A model generated the notes under the pieces. It did no database searches, was not told where the DNA came from, and saw only the letters and a list, made by a program, of their open reading frames with translations. The position numbers and the translations under genes were made by a program. From positions 1 through 64,000 of the forward strand of contig BLSG01000080.1 in assembly GCA_012862495.1 (NCBI GenBank): a stretch of DNA of 64,000 nt, given 5' to 3'. This DNA is from Thraustochytrium aureum (Eukaryota). How positions within the stretch are numbered: the first letter of the stretch is position 1; the number at the start of each line of letters is the position of its first letter. Shown here in pieces: positions 40,260 to 52,281 of the stretch.

Positions 40260-41318
40260 CTAGCGATGGGCTGGCGGGGGCGGCAGAGCGAAAAACCTCC
40301 GCGCGTTCGCTGCGGTCATCTCCCCCAGGCCGGCTTCGTCGCACCCAAGCAGTTCGGCCAACGTTGCCACCACCGCTGCAAGTGAACTGGGCGGATTGGG
40401 GAAGATCGCTTTGGCGGCACTTTTCGCAGCTTTAGTGTCGCCCGACTGCCCACGCTCGTACTGCTGGCACCCAGGGAAGCCCAAATACGGCGCGTCGGTC
40501 TCCACCATGATTCGATCGAGCGGGAGATTTGCGCTGGCGAGTGTCTCGCGCAGCAGGCGACCCCCGTCTCGACGGCAAATGAGCCCAGCCACACTCACGT
40601 GAAAACCTCGTTCCAAGTACGCGGAGAGCTCAGCAGGGGACCCGGTGAAGCAGTGGACGAGGACAGGGGGTAGCGAATCGGCGCGGGCCTCGAGAATTCG
40701 CAGAAAATCCACGTGCGCTCCCCGTTCGTGCAGGAAGAGGGGCTTTCCAAGCTTGCAGGCCAGCTCGACCTGCGCCTCAAACCACGGGATTTGGACGCTC
40801 GCGGGGGGGAACCCGTCGCTGTAGTCGAGTCCGCATTCTCCGATTGCGACTGCTTGGGCTGCGAGATCGCTGATGAGACGAGCGCCCTCCTCAAGTGTCG
40901 TGGTGCGGCCCACCGACTCTGCGTTGTACGGATGCATGCCCGCGGTCGCGAACACGACGCCAGGGTGCTCTCTAGCAAGATCGGCAGCCTTTGCGCTGTC
41001 TTGCACAGAGGACCCTGGAACCACAAACTGCGACACGCCAGCGGCGAAGGCGCTCGACAAGAGTTGATCGCGCCGATCCCACAGCGCTTGGTGGGTCAGA
41101 TTGCAGTCGACGTCGACGAGGTGCGCCCGCGTCGGGAGCCCCAGCACTCGGACCTTGTCCGGGCTGGGCTTGGCCGTTTCCTTCGCGTTCAACACGGACG
41201 TCTCTTTGGGCGCGTGCGGAGCTGACGCAGCTAGTACAAGTTCTCTGAAAAGGCTCGCTCGAGCAAAACCCTCGGCGAACGGCTTTGCGGGCATCTTGAC
41301 TCGGGCCAAGCGGCGCAT
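40260..41318 (-). CDS. tatD: TatD-family metal-dependent DNase
   Basis: LVDVDCNLTH, TAGMHP, AIGECGLDY, PLFLHER, VHCFTG, LPLDRIMVETDAPY. Confidence 0.93.
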   Translation of the reverse strand: MRRLARVKMPAKPFAEGFARASLFRELVLAASAPHAPKETSVLNAKETAKPSPDKVRVLGLPTRAHLVDVDCNLTHQALWDRRDQLLSSAFAAGVSQFVVPGSSVQDSAKAADLAREHPGVVFATAGMHPYNAESVGRTTTLEEGARLISDLAAQAVAIGECGLDYSDGFPPASVQIPWFEAQVELACKLGKPLFLHERGAHVDFLRILEARADSLPPVLVHCFTGSPAELSAYLERGFHVSVAGLICRRDGGRLLRETLASANLPLDRIMVETDAPYLGFPGCQQYERGQSGDTKAAKSAAKAIFPNPPSSLAAVVATLAELLGCDEAGLGEMTAANARRFFALPPPPAHR

Positions 41319-41336
41319 GCCTCCCCGACAGAGCGG

Positions 41337-41663
41337 CTAGTCCTTCCAGCGGTTTCCACAGGCGCAGCACTTGTAGAACACTGTCATAGGCTCGTCAGCA
41401 GACCGAGTCTGGAATTGCATGTAAAAGGCCTCCTTGTGGTTGCACTTCGGACAGACCGCGTCAGTCTTGGGGACGTTGGCCCAGGCCCCCTCGCCGCCCA
41501 GCACGTCGTCCTCCTCCTTCACCTTGAGCGTGTCCGTGACCTCGTACGGCCGGTGCCCAATCTTCGACACGTACGGGCAGGCCACGCACCGAAAACGAAA
41601 CTCCTTGTCGTCGCCTTCCTGGTCCACAATCAACAGCGTGCCGTCCCACGGACAGAAGCGCAT
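41337..41663 (-). CDS. POLR3K: RNA polymerase III subunit C11 (TFIIS-like zinc ribbon)
   Basis: [68 protein letters not shown]. Confidence 0.96.
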   Translation of the reverse strand: MRFCPWDGTLLIVDQEGDDKEFRFRCVACPYVSKIGHRPYEVTDTLKVKEEDDVLGGEGAWANVPKTDAVCPKCNHKEAFYMQFQTRSADEPMTVFYKCCACGNRWKD

Positions 41664-42777
41664 TTCGAGCCTCGCGCGCTTCCACGGTCCGAGTTCGAGG
41701 CGCAATCCGCGGCCCGCGCTTTTCTTTTTTCCACGCTCGCCTTCAGCAGCGCCACAGGCTTCACCTGAGGCCTCGGCGCGTTCGAGCTCTGCAGGCATGC
41801 ATGGCATGGCCACACGTTGGCTTCGACGAGCAATCGATCATTCGTTCGTCTTAGCCGTGCAGCTCTCCTCCGCTGCGGCCAGCGAGGGCGAGCGTAGCGC
41901 CAAGCTGGGCTCGCTCGCTGCAGTGACTCTGCGCGGCACGCTACTTGACGAGGCCCGTTCGCTCGCGGGAGTCGTGGCGGGCTGGGCTCTTGCTCTTGGG
42001 CAGGGGCAGAAAATGCGAGCCTCAAGAAACCCCTACATAGGCGTGTCGGGCGCGAGGCCAGAGCGAGCTCGCGCGTTGGCCACTGCGCTGCATGTTTGGA
42101 AATGGCGCAAGGGCCCGTGCTGCCCAGAACTTGCCAGTTGATGTGATGTGGCGCACCAGCGTTTCCCATCTTTCCCATCGCTTTTTCCTTCCCAAGAAAC
42201 CGCCTCGCGGTCGTGCAGCACATTCCATGAGGACGCGACCGACGGCAAGATGCCAAGATGCCGTGCCGGCCTCACACTCGGGCACTGCCTTGCTCGGCCC
42301 GCTGCTGGCCTCGNNNNNNNNNNNNNNNNNNNNNNNNNNNNNNNNNNNNNNNNNNNNNNNNNNNNNNNNNNNNNNNNNNNNNNNNNNNNNNNNNNNNNNN
42401 NNNNNNNNNNNNNNNNNNNNNNNNNNNNNNNNNNNNNNNNNNNNNNNNNNNNNNNNNNNNNNNNNNNNNNNNNNNNNNNNNNNNNNNNNNNNNNNNNNNN
42501 NNNNNNNNNNNNNNNNNNNNNNNNNNNNNNNNNNNNNNNNNNNNNNNNNNNNNNNNNNNNNNNNNNNNNNNNNNNNNNNNNNNNNNNNNNNNNNNNNNNN
42601 NNNNNNNNNNNNNNNNNNNNNNNNNNNNNNNNNNNNNNNNNNNNNNNNNNNNNNNNNNNNNNNNNNNNNNNNNNNNNNNNNNNNNNNNNNNNNNNNNNNN
42701 NNNNNNNNNNNNNNNNNNNNNNNNNNNNNNNNNNNNNNNNNNNNNNNNNNNNNNNNNNNNNNNNNNNNNNNNNNNNC

Positions 42778-44220
42778 AAGGAGCCAAAAACGCAACCATT
42801 CGTCAGCCAAAACGCAACCATTCGTCAGCAGGGCGTAACCAGCGGCTCGAGAGCGCGAGCATAGTGAAACCAGCGCGCAGCCAGCTGTTCCATCCCGTCG
42901 GTGCCCGCGCAACCGGCGTTCGCGCCAAGCCGGGAACGCCGCGAACGCCCACCGCCGCGAACGCCGCGAACGCCCACCGCAACACCGACGACCCTTCCAC
43001 GTAACGGACCTTTTCCCAACTCCATGCGAGGTCGGCGTGGTGAGCATGGGTTTACCGCGCAGAGCGCACGAGTCGCGACGGCCACCGAGCCGAGCCGAGC
43101 AAGAGCAGGACACAAGGACATGGCGCAACTTGGGCCTAAGACAGGCCACGGCGTGGCATTGTATAGCTTCGACGGGGATGAGGCGAAAGGGCAAGTCAGC
43201 CTTCGTGCTGGCGACAACGTCGTCGTCCATGAAGACCTCAATGGCGGCTGGTTGGTTGGCGCACTCGTACAAGCTCCAAGCAAAGCCGGGTATTTCCCCA
43301 AAGCATACGTGGCGATGGTGAGCAGCGATCAGCCACCAATTCCGCCCGCCGAGGAAAGCGCCGCGTCGGATGATGGGGTCGGGGCGGCGATGGACGAGGA
43401 GGAGTCCAAGTCTCAAGATGCGACCTGCGAAGAATACGCTGGAGTCGTCGTTGTGGTCAAACGTGTGGAGCAAGACAAGGATGGTAAGCTCTTGCCCGTG
43501 CAGGTCGGCGAACGGGTTGCGGTGATCAGCGACACCCTAAGTGGGTGGCTGTATTGCGAGTCGGCAGATGGCGTGCGGCGCGGCTACGTCCCGAAAGCGT
43601 ATACGAAAGAGGAAAACAAGAGCAGCACCAACGATTTTGCGCCTTTGCCTGCGCATCGAGGCGCTTCCGAGCATGGCCCTCGGCAGGGACAGGCAGGACC
43701 GGCCAAGCGCGACGCCACACCGCAAGAAACACCTACCGCCCGCGTTGTGGCCGCCTTCCTTGGCGACAAGGAGCTCTATCAGGTTTCAGTTCGCCAAGGA
43801 GAATCAATCAAGGTTCTCGAGGAGGTCGCGGGGGGCTGGTCGTTCGTGCGGACCGGTAAAGGCGCGGAAGGGTACATGCCAACCTCGCACTACTCGGCGC
43901 AACGGGAACAGCGCGAGCTCTCCAGACCGGACAACAAAGTCGACAAAGAAGGATCCCAGCAGAGCCCAAGCCGGCGGCGCTGTCGTGCGCAAGGTTGCAA
44001 AAGAATGGTAGACGAGGTCATCAGCGGGGCATTTTGCACAGAGTGCACAAACTACATTGCGTTTCGCGCCAAGATTCTTCGTCGCCCATGCACTGATCAA
44101 CAGCTCGGCACGGTAAGTTGGTCGGAAGCAGGAGGCCCGGACTGGAGCGGACTCGGCCATGGGGACCGGATCGCGTCGGTTCTATGGCTCGCCCAGGGAG
44201 ACAGGCAGGGCTTGCGCTAA
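42778..44220 (+). CDS. Protein with three SH3 domains; 5' part in gap 42314-42777
   Basis: ALYSFDG..VSLRAGD..GGWLVG..GYFPKAYV; QVGERV..SGWLYC..GYVPKAY; VSVRQGE..GGWSFV..EGYMPTSHY. Confidence 0.85.
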
Positions 44221-44356
44221 CCAGGTCGGTGCGAGATGGCCGCTTGCACGCAGGGAGGTATTGTCCCGGCGGCGACGTCGCTTGACGGACCTCAGGGCCA
44301 GGTCCACCGCACAATAATGCATGCACTGCTCGGCAGGTTCGTTTCGGGTTGACGCA

Positions 44357-45107
44357 TCAAGCGTTTCGCTTGGACTTGCGTCGCGCCTCCGTTGACGGCG
44401 CAGGCTGCTGAGCTGCTGTTGCGCTTGCCAAGAAGACCCTCCCCAAAAACGCAGCAATGAGCAGGCTGAGAAGCACGGAGACTGCTACTGAGGCGTTCCA
44501 CATCTCCGCAGTCAGGTCCGCAGGCAAGAATTCGATGGTGCGATTGAAAAACGAATCCGCATACATCTTGCCTCCAACCCTATCGCTGTACTCTAGCGTG
44601 AGCTCGACTCGGGCGCGCATTTTCTCGCGGTTCTCTGGCAGAAGTACGGAGACGAGCACCGAAAGCTCGCTTCCGCTGGCAACGACTGCACCGATGGGGA
44701 CCGGGCCGACCTCGTACGAGAGGTTGTCCTCGTTAAGGATTAGCGGCCGTGCGGCGACCACAACTTGGGAGACGTTCACCGCAGCATTGCCGTCGTTTGC
44801 GATTCCGCAAAGCACTCGCGCCGCGAAACCGACGGGAATCAGCAACGGTTGACCGTTGTCCGCCTGAAGCTGCCCGTCGTCGCCCACGAGCGCATAGGAC
44901 AGCGAAACGCCTGCGCGCCTTCCTGGCTCGCTCGTTGAGAGGATTTCCTCCGAGCCGTTCTCCTCGAATTCGTCCTCCTCCGTGAACTCGATCTCGAGCC
45001 CCGCCTTCAAACTCCGCTGCAGCCTCCGTCCCGTGGGCGGCCAAGCTCGTCGCCAAAAAGATTGCTGCGACCCGATCCGGCCCGCCCCATTCTGCCTGCG
45101 CCTTCAT
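44357..45107 (-). CDS. Translocon-associated protein alpha (TRAP-alpha/SSR1)-like; contains an apparent 1-nt frameshift at ~45000
   Basis: Signal-peptide-like N-terminus (VAAIFLATSLAAHGTEA), acidic tract (EEDEFEE), lumenal beta domain ending LEYSD..DSFFNRTIEF, single TM helix and basic tail. Confidence 0.65.
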
Positions 45108-45434
45108 CTTCGCCAGCGGCCGGCGGGGGCTGCTAGTCCACACGAGAGCGTGTTGCGCTGCGAGAGCGCAGCACGAACCGTGGCGACGGTCTCTCTTCAG
45201 GCGCGCACTGCGGAGGGCGGCACAACGGTGACTGCTTGACTGTCCGCTGGCAGTTTTTTATTCGTTCTCAAGTGGACAAGTGGAGTCCTCGACTCAGCTC
45301 TCTACTGTGGTGTTGTCGTCCAGCGACTCGACGCAGCCGCGCGGTGCAAGGCTGCCGCTCTTGATCAAGCGCAAGCAAGATTTGCGCATTCGCTTCCGGA
45401 GCGGTTTTGAATTAGGGTTGGCGAGGAAGGAAGA

Positions 45435-46690
45435 TCAGGTCTGCTTGCCGAGCAATATGTTGTCGAGGATTCGGCAGCCGCCAAAGTTGACTGCGGCGGA
45501 AACCATGACGTTTTCATTCGGGATAGAGCCACTCACGTCCAGCTCAGAGCCCTCGATACCGTCGCAGATGCTGAGGTACTCTGTCCGAAACAAGGTCTCC
45601 TCGTCCAGAACATTCTGACCGACCTGCTTCAAGAGGTGGTAGTTGCGCTCCCCAGCGTTAAAGGCGTCGCGAACCGCGCACAGCGCCGCGTAAAGCTTTG
45701 GCGCGGCCTTGCGCTCCTCCTTGCCGAGGTAGACGTTGCGACTGCTCATTGCAAGGCCATCCGCCTCCCGAATCGTGTCGCAAGGCCGCACGCGGACGGG
45801 AATGTTGAGGTCGCGGCACATGCGGCGCACGACGATGACCTGGAGCCCGTCCTTCTGGCCGAGGTAGAGCCTGTCAGGCTGTACGAGGTTGAGGAGCTTG
45901 CACACCACGGTCGCGACGCCTGTGAAGAACCCTGGCCGTGCGGCCCCCTCGGAGACAAAGTCGATTCCGTCAGGGACGACGTGCGTCTTGGTAACCGCTC
46001 TGCTGGTCTTGCCAAACGTCGAGCCCGGGTACATTTCTTGCTGGTGCGGGACGAAAACGTAGTCGACGCCTTTCTCGAACNNNNNNNNNNNNNNNNNNNN
46101 NNNNNNNNNNNNNNNNNNNNNNNNNNNNNNNNNNNNNNNNNNNNNNNNNNNNNNNNNNNNNNNNNNNNNNNNNNNNNNNNNNNNNNNNNNNNNNNNNNNN
46201 NNNNNNNNNNNNNNNNNNNNNNNNNNNNNNNNNNNNNNNNNNNNNNNNNNGCGAGGTCCTTCTCTGGCTGCCGTGGGTATTTCCCAAAGTCCTCGTGCGG
46301 GGCGAACTGGGCGGGGTTGACAAATATGCTTGAAATGGTCACGTCGTTCTCACTGATCGCGTTGGCCAGCAAGCTGAGGTGGCCAGCGTGCAACGCGCCC
46401 ATGGTGGGGACGAACCCAACCGTTTGCTTTGCCGGCAAGTTTGTGCGAAGCTTGCGCAACTCGGCGATCGTGAGCAGGACGCGGCTCTCGGGCAAGCCGA
46501 GGGCGGCGCAGATTCTGGTGCGCTGCTCCGGCGAGACAAAGGCCGTCTCCGCGTCAAACGAAGTGGCGAAACCGCGAACGGCGCCGTTCGGCGGTGCGAG
46601 CAGCGCGACGCCGGTCTGCCTGGTCGACAGAGCGTTTCTTCTCGCCACACACCTGGCGGCGAAGAGCGTCGAGCGGGCTACGAGTGCCAT
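45435..46690 (-). CDS. panC: Pantoate--beta-alanine ligase (pantothenate synthetase) with probable mitochondrial presequence; spans gap 46081-46250
   Basis: [77 protein letters not shown]. Confidence 0.96.
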
Positions 46691-47423
46691 CGTGCTGGTG
46701 GGGCTGCCTTGAGCGGCTGTGCGTGCGTCGAGCCGCTGCCTTGGCCGAACGTTGAACTGGAAGGCGGACCGACCGCGAATCGCGCCCGACCCGAACCCGC
46801 GAGCTGACTCGGCAACCGGAACTGCGAGTTCACGACACGCTGCGACCGCCGCGCTCCCTGCTGCGTGATCGAGCTCCTGCTGGCCTCGCTGCGTTGCTTG
46901 ACAACGCAGTGCAACCTGCCCGTGCGTCCAGCCAGGCCTCGAAGGAATGCAATCCTGAGCCCTAACTAAACCTATCCTGGCCTGACCGAGAGGAGCGTTG
47001 AGACTCAGAAACTGTTCAACTCAAAAAAAAAGCGTTCTGTCGCGCGGCGTGCACTTCTGATGAAAGGGCTTGGAGCAATGCCAGCCAGGCATGGGCGGCG
47101 GCTGGGCAGCACTTGGCAAGCCAGGATACAGGCTAGCTTTAGCGCTCAACTAGCAAGAGCTAGGGCGGCCCCAGAGACCCTTCCGCAGTCAGCAGGACCA
47201 GAGTCCAGGTTGCTCATGCATCATCGAGTAAAACCAAGCTGTGTTGGAGTGCTGCGTGCTCCAGTAGAGCATGCACTTGCCCCGCTCGTCGCTCACTGAC
47301 GTGTGATTGGAGCAAGCATGAACAAGGCGCGCGCGACTCGGTCACGAGAGCAACAAACGCTTCAGCGATGAAAAACAAGGGGTTTCTGAGTGGATGCAGA
47401 GTATGTCAGGCCTCGTGGTACGA

Positions 47424-48072
47424 CTATGCGGAGATCGCTGGCTCGACGCGCGACTGGAGCGAGGCGTTCAGACGCGCCTCTTCGTGCTCCATTCGAAGGT
47501 ACTTGAACTTGTCGCGAATGAGGATTGTCGGAAGGAGACCGACCACCATGACGACCGAGCCGATGATAAACGTGTTGATTGCCCCGCCGACGCGCTCGGG
47601 CGGGATGGCGGCCACGAAAACCAGACTTGACAGGTTGATCACAATCCGGTCTGAGCCCACAATAAAGCCCTCCAAGTTGAAGCGGTGGGAAAAGACGTAC
47701 TCGAACTTTGCCTCGTAAACGGCCACCTGCCAGGCGATGTAAAAGCTGACGCTGACGATGATGAGGCCAAAGAAGGCCCAGGCGCCCGCGGCGGTGCCCG
47801 CAGCAAAGCAGACGGTTCCGAGAACCCAGGCGGTCGTCCCGATCGTGTATCCACCGAGTGCAAACTCGTAGTAGCGCTTGGTCTTGTCGATGAGGTGGCC
47901 AAACACTGCCGCCGCAGGGATAGCGAGGACAAGCCCCCCTGCACTGGCGTAGAACGAGTACGCGGATACGGTGGCCGGAAAGGCGCGCGAGATTGTCGCG
48001 AAGAGCACCAGCGGGGGCCCTGAAACCAGAAAGTCGGACACCGCGAGCTTGGCGAAACGCTGGTTCGAGTAG
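47424..48072 (-). CDS. MFS-type transporter, C-terminal half (FLVCR/SLC49-like); N-terminal half in gap 48073-48881
   Basis: About 6 hydrophobic helices; MFS loop motif FGHLIDKTKRY; C-terminal YLRMEHE. Confidence 0.7.
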
Positions 48073-49378
48073 NNNNNNNNNNNNNNNNNNNNNNNNNNNN
48101 NNNNNNNNNNNNNNNNNNNNNNNNNNNNNNNNNNNNNNNNNNNNNNNNNNNNNNNNNNNNNNNNNNNNNNNNNNNNNNNNNNNNNNNNNNNNNNNNNNNN
48201 NNNNNNNNNNNNNNNNNNNNNNNNNNNNNNNNNNNNNNNNNNNNNNNNNNNNNNNNNNNNNNNNNNNNNNNNNNNNNNNNNNNNNNNNNNNNNNNNNNNN
48301 NNNNNNNNNNNNNNNNNNNNNNNNNNNNNNNNNNNNNNNNNNNNNNNNNNNNNNNNNNNNNNNNNNNNNNNNNNNNNNNNNNNNNNNNNNNNNNNNNNNN
48401 NNNNNNNNNNNNNNNNNNNNNNNNNNNNNNNNNNNNNNNNNNNNNNNNNNNNNNNNNNNNNNNNNNNNNNNNNNNNNNNNNNNNNNNNNNNNNNNNNNNN
48501 NNNNNNNNNNNNNNNNNNNNNNNNNNNNNNNNNNNNNNNNNNNNNNNNNNNNNNNNNNNNNNNNNNNNNNNNNNNNNNNNNNNNNNNNNNNNNNNNNNNN
48601 NNNNNNNNNNNNNNNNNNNNNNNNNNNNNNNNNNNNNNNNNNNNNNNNNNNNNNNNNNNNNNNNNNNNNNNNNNNNNNNNNNNNNNNNNNNNNNNNNNNN
48701 NNNNNNNNNNNNNNNNNNNNNNNNNNNNNNNNNNNNNNNNNNNNNNNNNNNNNNNNNNNNNNNNNNNNNNNNNNNNNNNNNNNNNNNNNNNNNNNNNNNN
48801 NNNNNNNNNNNNNNNNNNNNNNNNNNNNNNNNNNNNNNNNNNNNNNNNNNNNNNNNNNNNNNNNNNNNNNNNNNNNNNNNNGGCAAAGCTCCAAAACTCG
48901 TCACCGTGACAGAAGTAAAATGTTGAGTAAGTGGGGGCTACTGTACTTTCCGCGAGGTATGTAAGTAGTGCCTTGGAGTGCGCACACCTGAGCATCAAGA
49001 GCGGCCGGCCCCTTCTGGAGAAGCAGGGCAGACACAATGATGTTCCGCTACTTGTTCACAGAAAAGAGCACCCGCCCGCCGAAGTAGTTCAGGTGCAGCC
49101 ATGCGCTTCTTGACGCCGTCACAGTCGCGATCGTGCATTGGGCGACACGACGGTCCAATTCCCCGCCGCGAGCCTAACCCAATCCGCGATTTAGGTCAGG
49201 GTTTCGTGTTTCCCATAATAACGGTAACTTCCATCGTTAAAGGGAGTTGTGGATTGCGAGTTGGAACGTTCTGAGACGACGCATCAACGATGCATGATGC
49301 GATTTTTTGTGCAGAGCGCGCCGGCCGTGCAGAGCTCGGTGCTGCTCGAGGGACGCGGACGAGGCGCTCCGGCGATCG

Positions 49379-50943
49379 ATGGCGAAGGCGATGGAGACGC
49401 TCCGCGAGGCGCGCGCCAGCGGCAGGCCGCTCAAGCTCGGCGTGTACTTGTTCGACGGGTACGAACTGCTCGACGCGTATGGCGCACTGGAGATGTTCAC
49501 GATGTGCAACGCCCAGGGCGTGGCCGGCAAGCGCGTGTTTGACGTGGCCGTCGTCGGCGACGGGACCACCGCGTTCGCGCCAAGCTGCCTGGTCGATTTC
49601 AAGGAGGGGGACGAGCGCATGCCCGATTTTGACGTTCTGATGCTCCCTGGTGGCAACGCGTGGGTGGACGCGATCAAGCGGCCAGGAGTCGTGGCGTGGC
49701 TCTCGAAAGCTGTGCACCGCGCCACTCTGGTAATGTCGGTCTGCAACGGCGCCGGGTTTCTCGCGGCCCTTGGCGTTCTTGACGGGCGAGCGGCAACGAC
49801 CAACAAGATTGACCTGCCCAACCTGCGGGCCGAGTTTCCCGCAGTCGACTGGCGCCCTAAGGCGCGCTGGCAGGTCGACGGCAAGTTTTACACGAGCAGT
49901 GGGATAACAGCCGGGACCGACCTTAGCCTGTTTATCATCTCCGAGCTGCTGGGCGAGAAGGTCGCCGCCCACGTTGCTCGAGGCGCCGAGTTCCAGCCGA
50001 TCCGCGACCCGTCGGAGGACCCCTTTTACGGCAACCCTACTTTCAACTGGGAAGGCGTCGAGCCCGAGCCGCAGGAAGGTATGACCGAAACCGGGGCGCT
50101 CGTTCGCGTTGTGGTCCTCCTGTACGACAACTTTGAGCTCTTCGATACGTTTGGCCCGCTCGAGATGTTTGCGGTGGCCAATCGATACAAGACGGAGTTG
50201 TTCACTCTCACAACCGTAGCGCGGACAGAAATCGTCAAGAGCTCAAAGGGGCCTTCCTTCCGCGTTGACCAAGTCGGGCTCGACGTGTCGCAAGCCCCTG
50301 CGGCGGACATTCTTCTCATTCCCGGCGGGTTGGGCTCGTTGCGCGAGAGCTCGGACCGCAAGACGCTCGACTGGGTTCGGCACGTGGCTGGGGGCGCCAA
50401 GTCGGTGATGACAGTTTGCACTGGATCTGGTATCCTCGCTGCAGCGGGACTGCTGGACGGCAGGCGTGCCACGACGAACAAGCTCTCATTCAACCTGTAA
50501 GTTGAAACGTGCCCTGGGCGGTCTGTCGCCCTGCGGCATGCAGGGCCAAGGTGGTGGTGGTCGTTGCGGGTGCGCGGCTAACAGCTGCCCTGTGCTCTAG
50601 GATTGCTACGTATGGGCGGAAGGTGGACTGGCAGCGATCCGCGCGCTGGGTTACCGACGGCAAGTTCTGGACCTCCAGCGGGGTGGCCGCGGGAACGGAC
50701 ATGACACTTTGCCTGCTCGGCGAGTACTTTGGGCACGCGTTTGCGCAGGCAGTGGCCGACCGCGCCGAGTACGTCCGCGTTGCGAGCGCCGATGACGACC
50801 CGTTTGCGAGCATGGCCGCCCCGGTTGGGCTTGTCAAGCGTGTGGGCCTTGCCGCTGCGACAAGTTTGCTCCATGGAATATTCCGGACCGGAATCGCGTT
50901 GGGCCGCGACATGAATACCTCGTCCCTCGGCCTTGAGATCTAA
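49379..50943 (+). CDS. Tandem two-domain DJ-1/PfpI (isocyanide hydratase-like) protein; 104-nt intron at 50497-50600
   Basis: Domain 1: YELLDAYGALE, LPGG, SVCNGA, RAATTNK, RWQVDGKFYTSSGITAGTD. Domain 2: FELFDTFGPLE, IPGG, TVCTGS, RRATTNK, RWVTDGKFWTSSGVAAGTD. The intron GTAAGT..GCTAAC..CTAG restores the frame. Confidence 0.92.
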
Positions 50944-50987
50944 CTATGCGATCTAACTATGCGATCTAACTGTGAGATCTAACTATG
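50935..50987. repeat. 13-bp tandem repeat (4 copies) whose first copy contains the DJ-1 stop codon
   Basis: gatctaactatgc/gatctaactgtga repeated. Confidence 0.9.
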
Positions 50988-51109
50988 AAAGCAGAGAGAG
51001 TGTTGGTGCCGCTCGAGGAGCGGCGATCGATGGCACCACATCGTGCGCGCTTTCGGTGCAAACGATTTGCCAAGGCAATCATTTCCCCCCTCTCGCTCCA
51101 ACGGGCGGC

Positions 51110-51871
51110 CTACTTGACACCTTTGATGATCATGAGCCTCTCGTTCATCGCCCGCCGGCGCGTGAGGACGACTGCTTCTTGTAGGCCGCCTGCGACGAGC
51201 GCGGCGCAAATCTCTGCCGGGTCGTTCTCCTCGATGGCCACGAGGTAGACGAGCCCGCCTGGGGCAAGCAGGTTTGGGATCTCTGGCAGAAAGCGGTCGA
51301 GGACTTCGCGGCCGCGCTCGCCGCCCGCCCAGGCGCGCGCAATGAGGCTGGACTCGATCTCTTCGTGCGGGGTCACCACGTAGGGCGGGTTGAACATGAG
51401 CACATCCACCTTGCCGCAAAGCTGCGCCGCAAGCGGGCCGGCCAGGTCAGCGTTGATAACGCTGGCCCAAGCGAGCTCGTTCTCCAGCGCCGTCGCTCGG
51501 CACGCCCCCGCCGCGCTCGGGTTGATGTCTGTCAAGAAGAACGCGGCCTGCCGCCCAAGCGCCGCGCGAATCACCTGGCCAAGCGCCGCCGTCACGCAGC
51601 CGCTCCCGCCGCTTCGCGCCGCCCTGAGTCAGTCCGCGCTCATGCCAGCCGCCAGCAACCCGTGGCAACGCCAGCCGCTCCCAACGCACCCGACCTCGAG
51701 GCACACGAGCGGAGCCCGCGCCGCGATCGCCTCCCGTTCAAAGTGCAGAGTATCCACGAACAGATACGTATCCTCCGCAGGCTCGTAGACCTCCTCAAAC
51801 GTGCTCCGCGTCAGGTGTTTGAGCTGCGGCAGCAGGCAGCTCGGAGGGTCCGGCGCGTCTGCGCCAATCAT
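51110..51871 (-). CDS. N6AMT1: eRF1 glutamine methyltransferase HemK2/Mtq2/N6AMT1; 78-nt intron at 51689-51612
   Basis: VYEPAEDTYLFVD, LEVG|GGSGCV (after splicing), TDINP, FNPPYV, AWAGGERGREV; the intron has a GTGCGT donor, CTGAC branch point and an in-frame stop. Confidence 0.95.
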
Positions 51872-52281
51872 CGTCACCTCGCGCCACACCAACACCCCAA
51901 AACCCCGCACACTGGCACGAAACCGCGCCCGCGACCACGCGCGCCGGCACGAGCGCACGATGGACAGCGCGCAGGCAGGCTGGGAAGCGCGCAGGCAGTG
52001 CCCTGGCTGCTCCCGTCCTGCCGGGCAACGAGGCCAACTCGCGCGTTTGGCCTTCTACGCGACTGCGTTCAGATCCCAAAGGGACAGGGCAGGCACTGGT
52101 CGCGCAGGCGCGCTTGCGTGCGTGCGGGNNNNNNNNNNNNNNNNNNNNNNNNNNNNNNNNNNNNNNNNNNNNNNNNNNNNNNNNNNNNNNNNNNNNNNNN
52201 NNNNNNNNNNNNNNNNNNNNNNNNNNNNNNNNNNNNNNNNNNNNNNNNNNNNNNNNNNNNNNNNNNNNNNNNNNNNNNNNN

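Noticed and set aside
41664..41813. 50-aa N-terminal extension of RPC11 in the ORF track
   Set aside because: Homologs begin at the M-x-FCP motif, so the upstream in-frame sequence is probably UTR
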